A stretch of DNA of 64,000 nucleotides, from assembly GCA_963769935.1 (NCBI GenBank), contig CAVYNY010000033.1, positions 1-64,000 of the forward strand, in the 5' to 3' direction. The DNA is from an uncultured delta proteobacterium (GTDB lineage: Bacteria > Desulfobacterota > Desulfobacteria > Desulfobacterales > JAFDCJ01). Position 1 is the stretch's first letter; every line of letters starts with the position of its first letter. The translations under genes were made by a program, and so were the position numbers. The notes under the pieces were generated by a model. That model saw nothing but the letters and a program-made list of their open reading frames with translations. It did no database searches and was not told the DNA's origin. This document shows, piece by piece, positions 23,698 to 35,470 of the stretch.

Positions 23698-24593
23698 ATG
23701 CCCGACCCGTCCGACATCATTCATCGACGATGAGTTTTTGAAAAAGCTGGAGAAACTTAAGACTGGTAACCCGCAAAAGTGCGCGCACTCCCCGCCGGGG
23801 CGAGTATCGCTCATGGCAAAGCGGCGAGGGCCTTGAGTTTCTGGATTACAGAAAATACCAGCCCGGCGATGATCTGCGCTACGTGGATTGGAGTGTCTAC
23901 GGCCGCCTGGATAAACTTTTTATCAAGCTGTTTCACGCTGAAAAAGGGCAGACCGCCCACATCCTGCTGGACATCAGCCGGTCAATGGACAGCGGCACAT
24001 CCATCCAAGGATATGACGGCTAAAAAGATTGCGGCCGCCTTAAGTTATATCTGTTTAGCCAATCTGGACAAGACCGGCTTGATGGCCTTTAACAGCACAA
24101 CAACTGAAATCAAGGCGCCGGCCCGGGGCAAAAAGCAGTACCCGGATGTGCTGAAATTTTTTCTGTCACTCCAACCTTCCGGGCAAACCAATTTAAACGG
24201 CTGCCTGGCGGAGTATGCCGCCGGTCTGCAAAAATCCGGGAATTGCCATTGTCATCAGCGACCTTTTTGACCCGCAGGGTTATGAAGACGGACTGAAGGC
24301 GCTGGCGTACAGGGATTTCGACATCAACCTGATTCAGGTGTTGAACCATGAAGAACTCTTCTGGTCGGAGACCGGCAATCTCCTGCTCACCGACTGTGAA
24401 ACCGGAGAGAAAAAGGCAATTTTTATCGACCGGCATTTACGGGAGATTTACCGCCAAAAGATCACCGCATTTATCGCCGGCATTAAACGCTATTGCGGAC
24501 ACTACGGTATCGAACTACTATCTGTGCGACACGAGCATACCCTTTGAAGATCTCTTAACGGATTACTTGTCAAGAGGAGCGCTTTTTCGATGA
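23698..24593 (+). CDS. Second DUF58 domain protein (several frameshifts)
   Basis: FLKKLEKL, LEFLDYRKYQPGDDLRYVDWSVYGR, LLDISRSM, IVISDLFD found across frames. Confidence 0.8.
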
Positions 24594-24651
24594 AACAAAT
24601 CCAGATACTAGTTATGCAGACAGTCGGCGAAAGACCACTATGAAGAGAAGT

Positions 24652-24783
24652 AAATTTCAAATTACAAAGCTCAAATTCCAAATAAATCTCAAATAACAAT
24701 GAATCAAATCCAAAACGTTTGGGGAATTGATGATTGGAATTTCGGTATTGTTTGTTATTTGTAAATTGGTGCTTGGAATTTTT
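24652..24783. repeat. AT-rich inverted heptamer-repeat hairpin
   Basis: AAATTTCAAATTACAAAGCTCAAATTCCAAATAAA ... TTTGTTATTTGTAAATTGGTGCTTGGAATTT, imperfect inverted arms between operon genes. Confidence 0.6.
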
Positions 24784-24860
24784 CTTGATTCCGGAACTCA
24801 ACTATAAATTTAACCCCACAAGGCTTTTATGCAAAATTTGTGGATCACTATTATATCCTC

Positions 24861-26709
24861 ATGCATTTTCTAAACCCCTACATGCTGCTAACATTAGGCG
24901 TCATCCCCATCCTGATCCTGATCCACACCTTAAAGTCTAAACCCCGGCCGGTTGCGGTCACCAGTCTTTTTTTCTGGCAGGAGGCTTTGAAAGAAAGAAA
25001 CAGCCGGGCGACGTTTGCGCGCTTGATAAAAAATCTGCCGCTTTTATTACAGATCCTGATCGTTCTGCTGGCCGCTCTGGCCCTGGCCGAACCGACCTGG
25101 ACGCATCTGAGCACCCAAACAGGCAATATGATTCTGGTCATCGATACAAGTGCCAGCATGCAAACCCGGGTCTGGATCCGGCACCCGCTTTGACCTGGCC
25201 AGAGAAAAAGCCTTTGAATTGATCGAACAGCGTGATCCGCAGCAAAAAATCCTGATCGTGGAAGCCGGCCGCCGGGCTGAGCTTAAAACCGGCTTTCTGG
25301 ACAGTTCGCGGCAGGCCGAAGACCTTGTACAAAAGCTTGTCCCCTCCGACGCCGCCGCCGGATTGGAGCCGGCCGTCCTTCTGGCTCTTTCATTCGTCGA
25401 TCCTGCCGCCGAGGATTTGATCTACCTGATTACCGACGGCGCCGGCACCGATGTCTCCGCCCTGCTGAAAAATCATCCCAAAATCAGACCGATTGTCGTC
25501 GGCAGTGGGGGGCACAATGTTGGAATTACCAGGTTTGAATTCCGGCAGCAAATCGATCGCCATGATCAATATGAATTCATGCTGGAGGTAAAAAATTTCA
25601 ACCCCTCCCCGGCGGCATGTTCCATCCGCCTGTCGCTTGACAATGTCACCTTGTTTGATCAGCCTGCCAAGTTCGAGGCGCGTGAAAAAAAACTGCTGAT
25701 CCTGCCCTACGCGGGACTGATTGCGGGAATTGCCAAAGCAACGCTTGATATTGACGATGATTTTGCCGTCGACAACCAGGCCTATCTGTCTTTGAATACC
25801 GCTAAGGAAATCTGGGTATTACTGGTTTCGCAGGGCAATCCCTTTTTGGAAAAACTCCTGGCGGCGTATCCGAACTTTCGCGTCAATTCAGTTAAAGAAA
25901 TCATGCCTTCCGCCTGGCAGGATCAGACCGCACGGCATGATATCGTCATTGTCGACCGTCAGGATTTTCCGGCAACGGACCGGGGCAATTTTCTTCTGAT
26001 AGACTCTTATTCGCCAGCCCTACCGGTATTAAAAACCGGCAACGCGCACCCGCCCCGCAATCCGGTCTGGGACCGCACCAGCCCTTTGATGGCCGATGTG
26101 GATCTAAGCGGCCTTATCGTGGAACAAAGCACCCGGCTTAAGGCGGATAAGCGGCTGAAACCGGTGGTTACCTCCGACCATACCGGATTGATGTACACGT
26201 TTGAAGAAGGCGGCCTGCGTGCGGTTCTGCTGAGCTTTGACATCACCCGCTCCGACCTTCCCTTGAAAGTTGCCTTCCCGGTGATGATGAGCAATATCTT
26301 CAACTGGCTCAATCCGCAAAAGCTTGAATTTTCAATACTGCAGGCACGGGCCGGCGAGCCTTTTGACATCTTTCTGAGTCCGCAAACCGATACATTCTAC
26401 ACCCGTGCCCCGAATGAAAAATGGCAGAAACAGCACGCTGGGGTCAATCCTTTCAGATATACCGACACCGGCAAAATCGGCATTTATACGGTATCCGAAA
26501 ACAATCGGCAGCGTTACTTTACGGTAAACCTGGCCGATGAATCCGAGTCCGACATTACGCCGCAATCCATGGCCCAGGTATCCGACCGGCCCGCGGCATC
26601 TTCGGTTTCAGAACAAATCGCCGTTCAGCGGCCCTTGTGGGCGGCATTAATTTTAGCGGTCTGCGCGCTGCTGATGTTTGAGTGGTATTCATGGCTGAAA
26701 TTAAGATGA
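24861..26709 (+). CDS. BatA-N-terminal-domain / vWA protein (frameshift near 25170)
   Basis: IPILILIHTLKSKPRPVAVTSLFFWQ, ALAEP, MIDAS DTSASM, ITDG, DDDFAVDN, C-terminal TM ending FEWY. Confidence 0.8.
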
Positions 26710-26841
26710 ATGTTGTCTGTTGCAAGTGGCATGTTGAATCAGAGAATGCCACCATGTCTTCTCTAATGACAACGAATTGCAAACCACTAACAAAAAACAA
26801 CTTACAACATGCAATAAGCACTTTTACTCATAAAAGGGAAA

Positions 26842-29415
26842 ATGTTCCTAACATTAGATAAACCGATTTTTTTGAGTATCTGCCTTCTGATACCTTTCAT
26901 CTGGCATATGATGAGACGATCATCCGTCCGGAATGGTTTATCCGGACAAAAAATAGTTATCGGCGTTCTCAGATCGTTTCTGGTAGTAGTTTTGGCTCTG
27001 GCCTTATCGGATCCAAAGCTTTTGAGACATTCCGATCAGGTCAATATTTTTTTCTGTTTGGACGGATCGGAAAGTATTCTCAAAGCGCAGAGACCGGCAG
27101 CGGAGGCCTTTATCAAAAAGGCGGCCGGCGCAATGCAGAACGGCGACCAGGCAGGGCTCATCGTATTCGGGGAAAGTCCTTCGCTGGAGATATCTCTGTC
27201 AAAAAAGATTGATTCGCTGAACATAAGGTCTGAGGTGAATCCAAACTTCACCAATCTCCATGATGCCCTGCAGCTGGCAATCGGAAAACTTCCGCAGCAG
27301 GGCAGGAATAAAATCGTCCTCTTCAGCGACGGCAATGAAACCATCGGCCACGCTTTGGACACGGCCTATCTGGCAAAATCCCTTGGAATCGAAATTTACC
27401 CGGTACCGCTGGGTACCTGGTTTGGTAAAAACGAGGCTTTTGTCAAAGAATTGGCCACGCCGGCAACGGTTGCATTGGAAACGCCGTTCGCGGTCAGGCT
27501 GGTCGTCATCAGCTCAAAAAAAAATCAGGGTGAACTTGCTTTGGTCAGAAACGGAAACCTGCTGGTTCAGCAGTCCCTGGCGCTGAAGGCCGGAATAAAT
27601 GTGTTCACATTCAGCGACCGGCTCACAGAACCGGGTCTTTATCTATATAAAGCCGTGGTAAATTTTGCTGAAGATACTTTTCCCCAGAATAATGAAGGAC
27701 TTTCCTTCACCCAGGGGGCCCAAAAAGCAAGAATCTTGTATCTGGCCGACAACGATGGAATTTCGAAACCATTGGCCCAATCTTTAAAAGTACAGGGTTT
27801 AGACATCGACCGCAAACCCCTTAACGATATCCCGGGTGCCATCCATGGGTTGGTTGATTATAACGCCGTCATTCTTGACAATGTTTCGGGACGCGCCATC
27901 TCCTTTGCGACCATGGAACAAATCGAGAAATACGTAAAGGATACGGGCGGCGGCCTGGTAATGATCGGCGGCGATAAAAGCTTCGGCGCGGGGCATTACA
28001 AAGATACACCTGTGGAGAAAGCACTGCCGGTGTATATGGATGTTCCCGCGGATATCCGCTTACCGGAGTTATATCTGGTTTTCGTGATCGATAAATCCTC
28101 CAGTATGACATCCAGTTATAAAGACAAGAGCAAACTCGAAATGGCAAAAATCGCGGCCTTTTCCTCCATCGAGATGTTAAACCCCGTCGACAGGGTCGGC
28201 ATCGTGGCGTTCGATACCCAATTTGAATGGGTTGTTCCGCTGACCGCCGCCGGGGAGAGACGGGATATAGCCGCAAAACTGTCACAGGTAGCGGTAGGCG
28301 GCGGCACCGACCTGTATCCCGCATTAAAGGAAGTCCAACGGGTTTTCACAGGAATACCTTCCGGCAGAAAGCACGTGATTGTGCTATCCGACGGGGAAAC
28401 CGAGGCGGCTGATTTTCAATCGCTGGTTCAGTCCATGAGTGCCGCCGATATTTCGATTTCAACCGTGTCAATCGGGCAGGGGGCCAATGTCGCGTTAATG
28501 AAATCCATTGCCGCTTGGGGCCAAGGCCGCGCTTATTACACCGATGATCCCGGAAATATCCCCCAAATTTTTGCCGGTGAAACCAAAATTATCAGCAAAA
28601 AGACCATCACTGAAATGGCCATGCAGCCGCGTATAAAAAAGTCCGGAGAAATCCTGCAGGGTTTTGACAACGTCAGGCTCCCGTTAATTTACGGCCAGGT
28701 CGTAACCTATGCCAAGCCCGGCGCCGACCTGTTGGTTGAAACCGAGCAGGGGCCGCTGCTGGCTGCCTGGCAATACGGGCTGGGGCGCAGCGTGGCCTTC
28801 ACATCCGATCTTGCAAATCGCTGGGACGAAGACTGGGTCAAATGGGAAAATTACGGCCGGTTCACCTCTCAAATGGTAAAATGGGCAGAGCGCAAAGAGA
28901 CGGACCAACATTTTTCCGCCGCCATGGAGCGCCGGGGAGATAAAGGTACATTCATCGTGGATATTACCACGGCTCAAAATCGGTTTGTCAATCATCTGGA
29001 TTTAAAGACCAACGTTTTGCTGCCGTCCGGCCAGGACCAAACCTTTGGGATGCAGCAAATCGCACCGGGTAGATATGCCGGCCAATTTCCGGCGGCCGAA
29101 ATCGGTGCTTACTTTTTCAGCGTTTACGGCAGCTCGAACACCTATTCCGAACCGCCCCGGGCCTTCGGTTTCGGCATTCCCTATACCGAGGAATTCAACG
29201 CCGCGAAGGTGAATGAGAAATTGCTGGCGGATCTGGCCGCTACGACCAACGGCCGCGTGCTGTCCATCAACGATGTTCCCCCCGATCTTTTCACGGATGC
29301 ATCCGATTCCAAAGAATCCAAAACGCCGCTTTGGCCCTATTGTATTCTGGTATTCCTGCTGATGCTGGTCGCCGATGTCGCTGCCAGAAAACTTCTCAAT
29401 CTTAGCGGTGGTTAG
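26842..29415 (+). CDS. Double-vWA + glutamine-amidotransferase-like membrane protein
   Basis: DGSES..FSDGNE, GGGLVMIGGDKSFGAG, DKSSSM..GGGTD..LSDGET, WQYGLGRSVAFTSD, terminal TMs. Confidence 0.85.
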   Translation: MFLTLDKPIFLSICLLIPFIWHMMRRSSVRNGLSGQKIVIGVLRSFLVVVLALALSDPKLLRHSDQVNIFFCLDGSESILKAQRPAAEAFIKKAAGAMQNGDQAGLIVFGESPSLEISLSKKIDSLNIRSEVNPNFTNLHDALQLAIGKLPQQGRNKIVLFSDGNETIGHALDTAYLAKSLGIEIYPVPLGTWFGKNEAFVKELATPATVALETPFAVRLVVISSKKNQGELALVRNGNLLVQQSLALKAGINVFTFSDRLTEPGLYLYKAVVNFAEDTFPQNNEGLSFTQGAQKARILYLADNDGISKPLAQSLKVQGLDIDRKPLNDIPGAIHGLVDYNAVILDNVSGRAISFATMEQIEKYVKDTGGGLVMIGGDKSFGAGHYKDTPVEKALPVYMDVPADIRLPELYLVFVIDKSSSMTSSYKDKSKLEMAKIAAFSSIEMLNPVDRVGIVAFDTQFEWVVPLTAAGERRDIAAKLSQVAVGGGTDLYPALKEVQRVFTGIPSGRKHVIVLSDGETEAADFQSLVQSMSAADISISTVSIGQGANVALMKSIAAWGQGRAYYTDDPGNIPQIFAGETKIISKKTITEMAMQPRIKKSGEILQGFDNVRLPLIYGQVVTYAKPGADLLVETEQGPLLAAWQYGLGRSVAFTSDLANRWDEDWVKWENYGRFTSQMVKWAERKETDQHFSAAMERRGDKGTFIVDITTAQNRFVNHLDLKTNVLLPSGQDQTFGMQQIAPGRYAGQFPAAEIGAYFFSVYGSSNTYSEPPRAFGFGIPYTEEFNAAKVNEKLLADLAATTNGRVLSINDVPPDLFTDASDSKESKTPLWPYCILVFLLMLVADVAARKLLNLSGG

Positions 29416-29438
29416 ATATTTAAGGCAAAAAAAGATAA

Positions 29439-29471
29439 ACCGGGGTTGACGGACCTAACGTCAACCCCGGT
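29439..29471. terminator. Hairpin between convergent genes (probable terminator)
   Basis: ACCGGGGTTGACG-GACCTAA-CGTCAACCCCGGT, perfect 13-bp stem. Confidence 0.65.
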
Positions 29472-29507
29472 CAAATTAATCCAACGCTGTCTGAGGGGTT
29501 TGCAGGA

Positions 29508-29790
29508 TTAATTTTGAATATTAATGGATTGAATGACGCTGTTTTTGTCATATTGAACCGTTACCTCATCCCCTTTTTGCAAAGTTTTAAGATCCTGCTC
29601 CGGGGAAGCGGTTAACATGACGGTTTTGCCGGCCTCATCAACGACCGCCACCTGGCCTGAGTTCGGGTCAACCGAAACAACCTGTCCCTTGACGATCATG
29701 GCGGAATCATCAGCCAGGGATATGGTTGTCGAGGCCAAAAAAAAGGCCAGCAGAACAAGTGCCAATAGCGGGAACTGTTTTTTTCTACAT
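29508..29790 (-). CDS. Small exported OB-fold-like protein (start uncertain)
   Basis: Signal peptide, VKGQVVSVD..LQKGDEVTVQY; no clean ATG in frame. Confidence 0.55.
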
Positions 29791-30273
29791 ATCGAGTTTG
29801 AGCAAATCGGCCGCCTTTTCTAACATGCCGGATTTGAACATATTTTCGGCGTATCCTATTTTATACCCCTGTTCAGGGCCGATAGTCCTGGCTGTATCGC
29901 CGGTATGATTTAAAATACGCAATAATTTTTAGAGCTTCTTCGGATTTCGCTAAAGTCGGACAAATATCGATAGCTATTTTTGATATTCACCGCTATAATA
30001 TTGACGGATTGTGGTCTATCCAATAAATTGTAAAGTAGTCCCCGCCTGCGGTCCTGTGCACCGTCGCCGTACTGCTTGTGCGCAGGTTGGATAAGAACAA
30101 CAATATCTATATCTTTTTTTGGAGGGCAGTTTCTGGAAGAACCGGCCGAGATCCTGCCGGGAGTGTTTGTAGCTTATTTTCGCGGAGCGGAAACAGAAGT
30201 GTGCGAAATGCGGGGATTTGCGTAATTTGACTTGCTGTCCGGACAGAAATTTCCGGAGCCGCAGTTCATCGGG

Positions 30274-31146
30274 TCAACCCACAAAAAGCGATGTCGGCAG
30301 TCCGGTTAAGCCGGGTTTGCAGGAGAAAAGGCCACCTGCCAAGGGGAATTGGCGCACCTTTTCTGCGCTGAGCAAGTAGCGGGCGGTAGTGATGTATAGC
30401 GTATCCAGTTCAGACCCTGCGAATGTACAGCTGGTAATGTTGGGAACCGGCATCGATATGACTTCCAATACCTCGCCGTCCGGTGAATAGCGCGAAATTC
30501 TTGCGCCGCCGAAATGACACAGCCAGATGCAACTTTCACTGTCAACAGTCATTCCATCGGGATAACCTTCCTCCTCGGCTTCCAATTGCACGAACACGCG
30601 CTTGTTGCTGATTGCACCTGTCTCGCTGACATCAAACGCGTAAATGGTGCGTTTGGCGGTGTCGGTATGATACAGTGTCTTGCCGTCTGCGCTGAAGGTG
30701 GGGCCATTGGTGATGACGTAGTTATCGTCCTCCTTGTGTAGCGACAGGTCGCCGTCTAGACGGTAGAGGCTGCCGGATGCCAGTTTTTCGCTTTCGTCCA
30801 TGCTGCCGGCCCAGTAACGGCCTTTTCAATCCACCTTGCCGTCATTAAACCGGTTTCCCGGTATATCCTCCTCCGGCATCACGATCGGCTCTACAGTACC
30901 CGTTTCCGGGTCGATAAATGCAAATCCATCTCGCACCGTGCCCACAAAGCCGCCCCGCTTCCGCACTGCCAGACTCGTCACTTCCGTCTCAAAAGTCCAC
31001 GTGCGCCGTCCCTCATCCGTCAGTCCATAGCGGTGCAATTTCTTGCCGACAATATCCACCCAGTAAACCGCATTCTCCCGTGCAACCCACAACGGCCCTT
31101 CCCCCAGGATTGCCGGCTCATTCCAAACGCATTTTAAATCAATCAT
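30274..31146 (-). CDS. SMP-30/gluconolactonase family protein (in-frame TGA at 30826-30828)
   Basis: LGEGPLW, NRFNDGKVD*KGRYWAGSM, ITNGPTFS, GYPDGMTVD; the two ORFs lie in the same frame. Confidence 0.88.
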
Positions 31147-31613
31147 GGTCCTCTCCTGAAAACAGCCGCTCGAATAGCCGAAAAATCAACGCGCCGGTCA
31201 AAAAGCTGAACGCCCATTAACCTGCCAATTGTCTGGAATTTAAATCGAAAATCACTTTTACCCGGACAAATATTTCAGATTATCGCCATGTATGTCAAGA
31301 ACAATGAATCTGCAACACCCTTGCAAGGAAACCGGCCTGAGAAAAACTCGGTTCAATAGTACGTCTCGGACCCCGGATTGAAATGCAAGTTTCCCTTGAC
31401 ATGAAAAATACTAAATGTTACGGGCTGTAACAACTGAGCATACAAAGCTCATCTGAGCATGCTGGAAAAAGCTGTGACAGATCTGGTCATAACTCAGCAC
31501 CCTTCTTTCCCAATCCTGAATGCCCGACCCCCATGGACCGGGATTCTTTACCGGATTTATTCTCTTGAAAACTAGGCGCCTTTCATAAAGCCGCACCCGG
31601 ACAATCAACCATC

Positions 31614-33161
31614 ATGACCAACGACACAAGGGATCTGCTTCAGATTCAAAACCTCTGCAAGGCATTTCCTGGGGTGAAAGCTCTGGATAAAGTCAATCTG
31701 GAGCTGGCCCAAGGTGAGGTTCATGGGTTGATGGGCGAAAACGGGGCCGGTAAAAGTACCCTGATGAAGATTTTATGCGGTGTGTATCGCAGGGACAGCG
31801 GCCGCATTGTCTACCTGGGTCGGGAAATAGAATTCAGCCGCTCTCACAATGCCCAGGTGGCCGGGATCATACCGGTATACCAGGAACTCAGCCTTTGTGA
31901 GAATATGAACATTGCCGAAAATATTTTCATTCATCGCCAGCCGTCAAAATATTTTTTCGGTGCAATCCATTGGAAACGATTGTACCAGGACACCAATGAT
32001 CTGCTCGGGCTCTTCAACCTGTATATTTCCCCGTCAACCCTTGTGGCGGATTTGTCAGTTTCCGTTCGTCAGCAGGTCGAAATTCTAAAAGCCCTGTCCT
32101 TAAAACCGAGGGTACTGGTATTGGATGAGCCGACATCATCGCTGGGGCGGGTTGAATCGGAACTGCTCTTTAAAATTCTCCATAGACTAAAAAATGAAGG
32201 GGTGGGCATTATTTATATTGCCCACAATGTGGAGGAAGTCATTGAAATTTCGGATCGTATCAGTGTTTTGCGCGATGGTCGTTATGTGGGGACTGTGCCT
32301 GCGCAGAACGCCACCCGGGCAGACCTGATCCAGATGATGGTGGGCAGAACAATCAGCAACCTTTACCCCGAATCGGGCCGAGTAACGGAAAAACCGATTT
32401 TTGAAGTAAGAGGTTTGGCCGGCGAGAAAGCGGAAAGTGATATTTCGTTTAAGGTTTTTAGCGGTGAAATTGTTGGAATAGCCGGACTGGTGGGATCGGG
32501 ACGCTCTAAAATGGCCAGAATGATTTTTGGTCTGGAATCCAGAAACAGGGGCGAATTTTTTATCAACGGCGGAAAAGTCACATTGACCTCCCACCGGGAT
32601 GCGATTCGTCGAGGTATCGCCTATGTACCCAAGGACCGTAAAGCTCAGGGGCTTTTCCTGGAAATGGCATTGTCACGCAATATCGTCGCTGCCCGGCTGG
32701 ACCGTTTCAGCTCGCACGGTTTTATGAACGCCAAGCTGGAACTGCAAGAAACAGAAAAGTTTGTAAACCTGCTAAAGATTAAGACTGCGGGTTATTTTCA
32801 GGAAGTAAACGCTTTAAGCGGGGGAAACCAGCAAAAGGTTCTGCTGGCCAAATGGCTCTCCGTCAACCCCAAGGTGCTGCTGATCGATGAGCCCACCCGC
32901 GGGATCGATGTCGCCACCAAAAGTGAGATTCACCAACTGATTCGGCGCCTGGCCGACCAGGGGGTCGCCATTATTATGATCAGTTCGGAATTGCCCGAGA
33001 TCCTCGGAATGAGCGACCGAATCCTTGTGATGCACGAGGGGCGGATTGTCGGCGAATTCCGCAATCAGGAAGCCGGACAGAAAATCATCATGGAGTGCAT
33101 TTCGCAGGCAATTGCCGACAGGCAAAAGGTTGATTATGGAATTCATTCGGAAAGCGATTAG
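31614..33161 (+). CDS. Monosaccharide ABC transporter ATP-binding protein (RbsA/MglA type)
   Basis: GENGAGKST, LDEPT, LSGGNQQKV, IDEPTRGIDV; tandem NBD. Confidence 0.95.
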   Translation: MTNDTRDLLQIQNLCKAFPGVKALDKVNLELAQGEVHGLMGENGAGKSTLMKILCGVYRRDSGRIVYLGREIEFSRSHNAQVAGIIPVYQELSLCENMNIAENIFIHRQPSKYFFGAIHWKRLYQDTNDLLGLFNLYISPSTLVADLSVSVRQQVEILKALSLKPRVLVLDEPTSSLGRVESELLFKILHRLKNEGVGIIYIAHNVEEVIEISDRISVLRDGRYVGTVPAQNATRADLIQMMVGRTISNLYPESGRVTEKPIFEVRGLAGEKAESDISFKVFSGEIVGIAGLVGSGRSKMARMIFGLESRNRGEFFINGGKVTLTSHRDAIRRGIAYVPKDRKAQGLFLEMALSRNIVAARLDRFSSHGFMNAKLELQETEKFVNLLKIKTAGYFQEVNALSGGNQQKVLLAKWLSVNPKVLLIDEPTRGIDVATKSEIHQLIRRLADQGVAIIMISSELPEILGMSDRILVMHEGRIVGEFRNQEAGQKIIMECISQAIADRQKVDYGIHSESD

Positions 33162-34083
33162 GATCAGAGAGTTTGTATTGTTGATGGTGATACTGGTGTT
33201 GTCGGTTTTTTTCTCCTTTACTTCTCCTTATTTTCTCACTTTGGGAAATTGGGAAGCAATTGCTTTCGGTATGCTCAGCGATTGCATTATCGCCGTCGGC
33301 ATGGTTGTCGTGATCGTTGGCGGCGGATTCGATCTTTCCGTGGGTGCCACCCTGGCGCTGTGCGGTATTGTCGTCGCCAAACTCCTGAATGCGGACATAC
33401 CCATCTGGTTGGCGATTTCGATCGGTGGGATTCTTCTGGGCGCCGGTATCGGACTTTTCAACGGTTTTTTGATTACCAAGGCCAGGATCAATCCGTTTGT
33501 CGTCACCCTGGGCATGATGAGCATCGGACGCGGGACCGGCCTGGCCATTACTCAGGGGCGCCCATTGGCCGGCCTTCCGGAGGCATTTGATTTCATCGGG
33601 CAGGGATATATTTTCGGGTTTCCGTTTGCCATCGCTTTAATGATCGTCATCGTCGTCGTCGGAGATTATTTGATGCGTCAAACCCGCTGGCTGCGACAAG
33701 TGTATTATGTCGGCGGAAACGAGGAAGCCGCCCGCTTTTCCGGCATCAATGTGGACCGTGTCAGAACCGCATCATATGTGCTGATAGGCATCCTGGCCGG
33801 CGTCGCCGGGGTGGTTACGACATCGCGCATGTCTTCTATTATGGCCACCGCCGGGCTCGGAACGGAGCTGCGTGCCATTGCGGCCGTGGTTATCGGCGGC
33901 GGTAGTCTTTCAGGGGGCAAGGGAAGTGTTTTCGGGGCATTTTTAGGCACACTGTTGCTGGGCATCATCACTGATATTCTAATTCTTTACCGAGTGTCGG
34001 TGTACTATCAGCAAGTGGTCAGCGGTGCCATCCTCATCCTGGTCGTGGCCATTGATACATTACCCCGCCTTCGGAAAGCCTGA
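33136..34083 (+). CDS. Monosaccharide ABC transporter permease
   Basis: GGFDLSVG, PFVVTLG, GGNEEAARFSGI, ELRAIAAVVIGGGSLSGG. Confidence 0.93.
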   Translation: MEFIRKAIRIREFVLLMVILVLSVFFSFTSPYFLTLGNWEAIAFGMLSDCIIAVGMVVVIVGGGFDLSVGATLALCGIVVAKLLNADIPIWLAISIGGILLGAGIGLFNGFLITKARINPFVVTLGMMSIGRGTGLAITQGRPLAGLPEAFDFIGQGYIFGFPFAIALMIVIVVVGDYLMRQTRWLRQVYYVGGNEEAARFSGINVDRVRTASYVLIGILAGVAGVVTTSRMSSIMATAGLGTELRAIAAVVIGGGSLSGGKGSVFGAFLGTLLLGIITDILILYRVSVYYQQVVSGAILILVVAIDTLPRLRKA

Positions 34084-34283
34084 GCGCACGGGCTCTAAAA
34101 CTTATTGATTTGACGGGCAAAAGTAAACAGGCGTTATTCGAATTCCATATTCGCGATTTGCTCATGGAAACGAAAAATCCCTATGGATCAAACACTTCCG
34201 GTCTTTATGGTATGCGGATTTTTGAACGGTTGGAATACTTCAGCAAGAGATCTTCATTTCTAAACGATTTCAGAAAGGGGAGA

Positions 34284-35266
34284 ATGAGAATGGGAAAAAG
34301 ATGGTTGGTTCTTTTATTTCTAGGGAGTTTTTTTTTGGCTGGAATGACGCCTGTCTTTAGCGGCTGATCAACAGGAATATTACCTGATCGGACCGCACAT
34401 CGGACTTGAATATTGGCAGGATCACAAAAGAGGTTTGGAGGCCGCCGGTAAGGAGTTGGGTGTGAAAACCATCTTTACCGGTGCCCATGGCAACGTCATT
34501 GAAGAACAGGTCAAGATTCTGGATATGGCCCTGGCGACGAAGCCAGCCGGAATCTTGATTGGCCCCCTGAATCCGGATGCACTAAAACCGGGTATTAACC
34601 GGGCAATTAAAATGGGTATTCCTGTCATCACGGTTGATACGGATGCCGCCACCAGCAATCGGCTGTGCTATATCGGCACCAATGGCTACGAGGCCGGCCG
34701 CAAGGCAGCCGATATCATGGCGGAATTGCTCGGGGGAAAGGGAAAAGTCGGTATATCCAATTTAGTCGGCTTTTCGACCTGTGAGGAAAGGGCCCAGGGA
34801 TTTCAGGATCGCGTCAAAGAAAAGTATCCCGATATGGAGGTTGTGGCGGTGGTCGATGATCAGGGCGATTACGACGTGGCTACCAAGGTGAATACCGAAA
34901 TGCTGGTCGGTCATCCCGATATTGTCGGCATATTCGGCGTCGACGCCGCCAGTGCCGTGGGAATGGGAGCGGCCGTTAAAAGTGTCAATAAGGTCGAGAA
35001 AATCAAGATCGTGGCATTTGATAAGGATGCGCCTACCCTGGAATTAGTGCGGGACGGCGTGGTTCAGGCCGTCTATGGTACAACGAACTTTTACCATGTC
35101 CTATTATGGGTTGAAAATGTTATACGATTATGCCAACGCCAGGTTATCACTGGTTAAGGGCAAAGACTGGGCCGAAGCGCAGAAGCTTGGCGTCTCGCCA
35201 TTACCCGAAAGGGTGGATACCGGCATTATGGTCTGTACCAAGGAAAATATCCAGGTGTTCGAATAA
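34284..35266 (+). CDS. Sugar ABC substrate-binding protein (frameshifts near 34360 and 35075)
   Basis: Signal peptide MGKRWLVLL.., GIPVITVDTD, YIGTNGYEAG, IVAFD, VDTG. Confidence 0.85.
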
Positions 35267-35470
35267 AGTATTCAAAATATCCGTACAGGTCGAAAATTTT
35301 CAAACCACGTGATCTCTTGCTGAAGAATTCAACTGGATGAAATTACAAGGTAGGGTTTTGCACCAATATTCCACCATTCCATGCGGCTTAACAAGGGAAT
35401 CGCCGAAAAAAGCACCATGATTCTAATAAAATGTAAAAGTTCTCACTCATAAATAAAGGTAAGATAACCA

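Noticed and set aside
30826..30828. In-frame TGA in the lactonase as selenocysteine
   Set aside because: Not a Cys position in this family and no convincing SECIS; GAT TGA AAA is one homopolymer slip from GAT GAA AAA.
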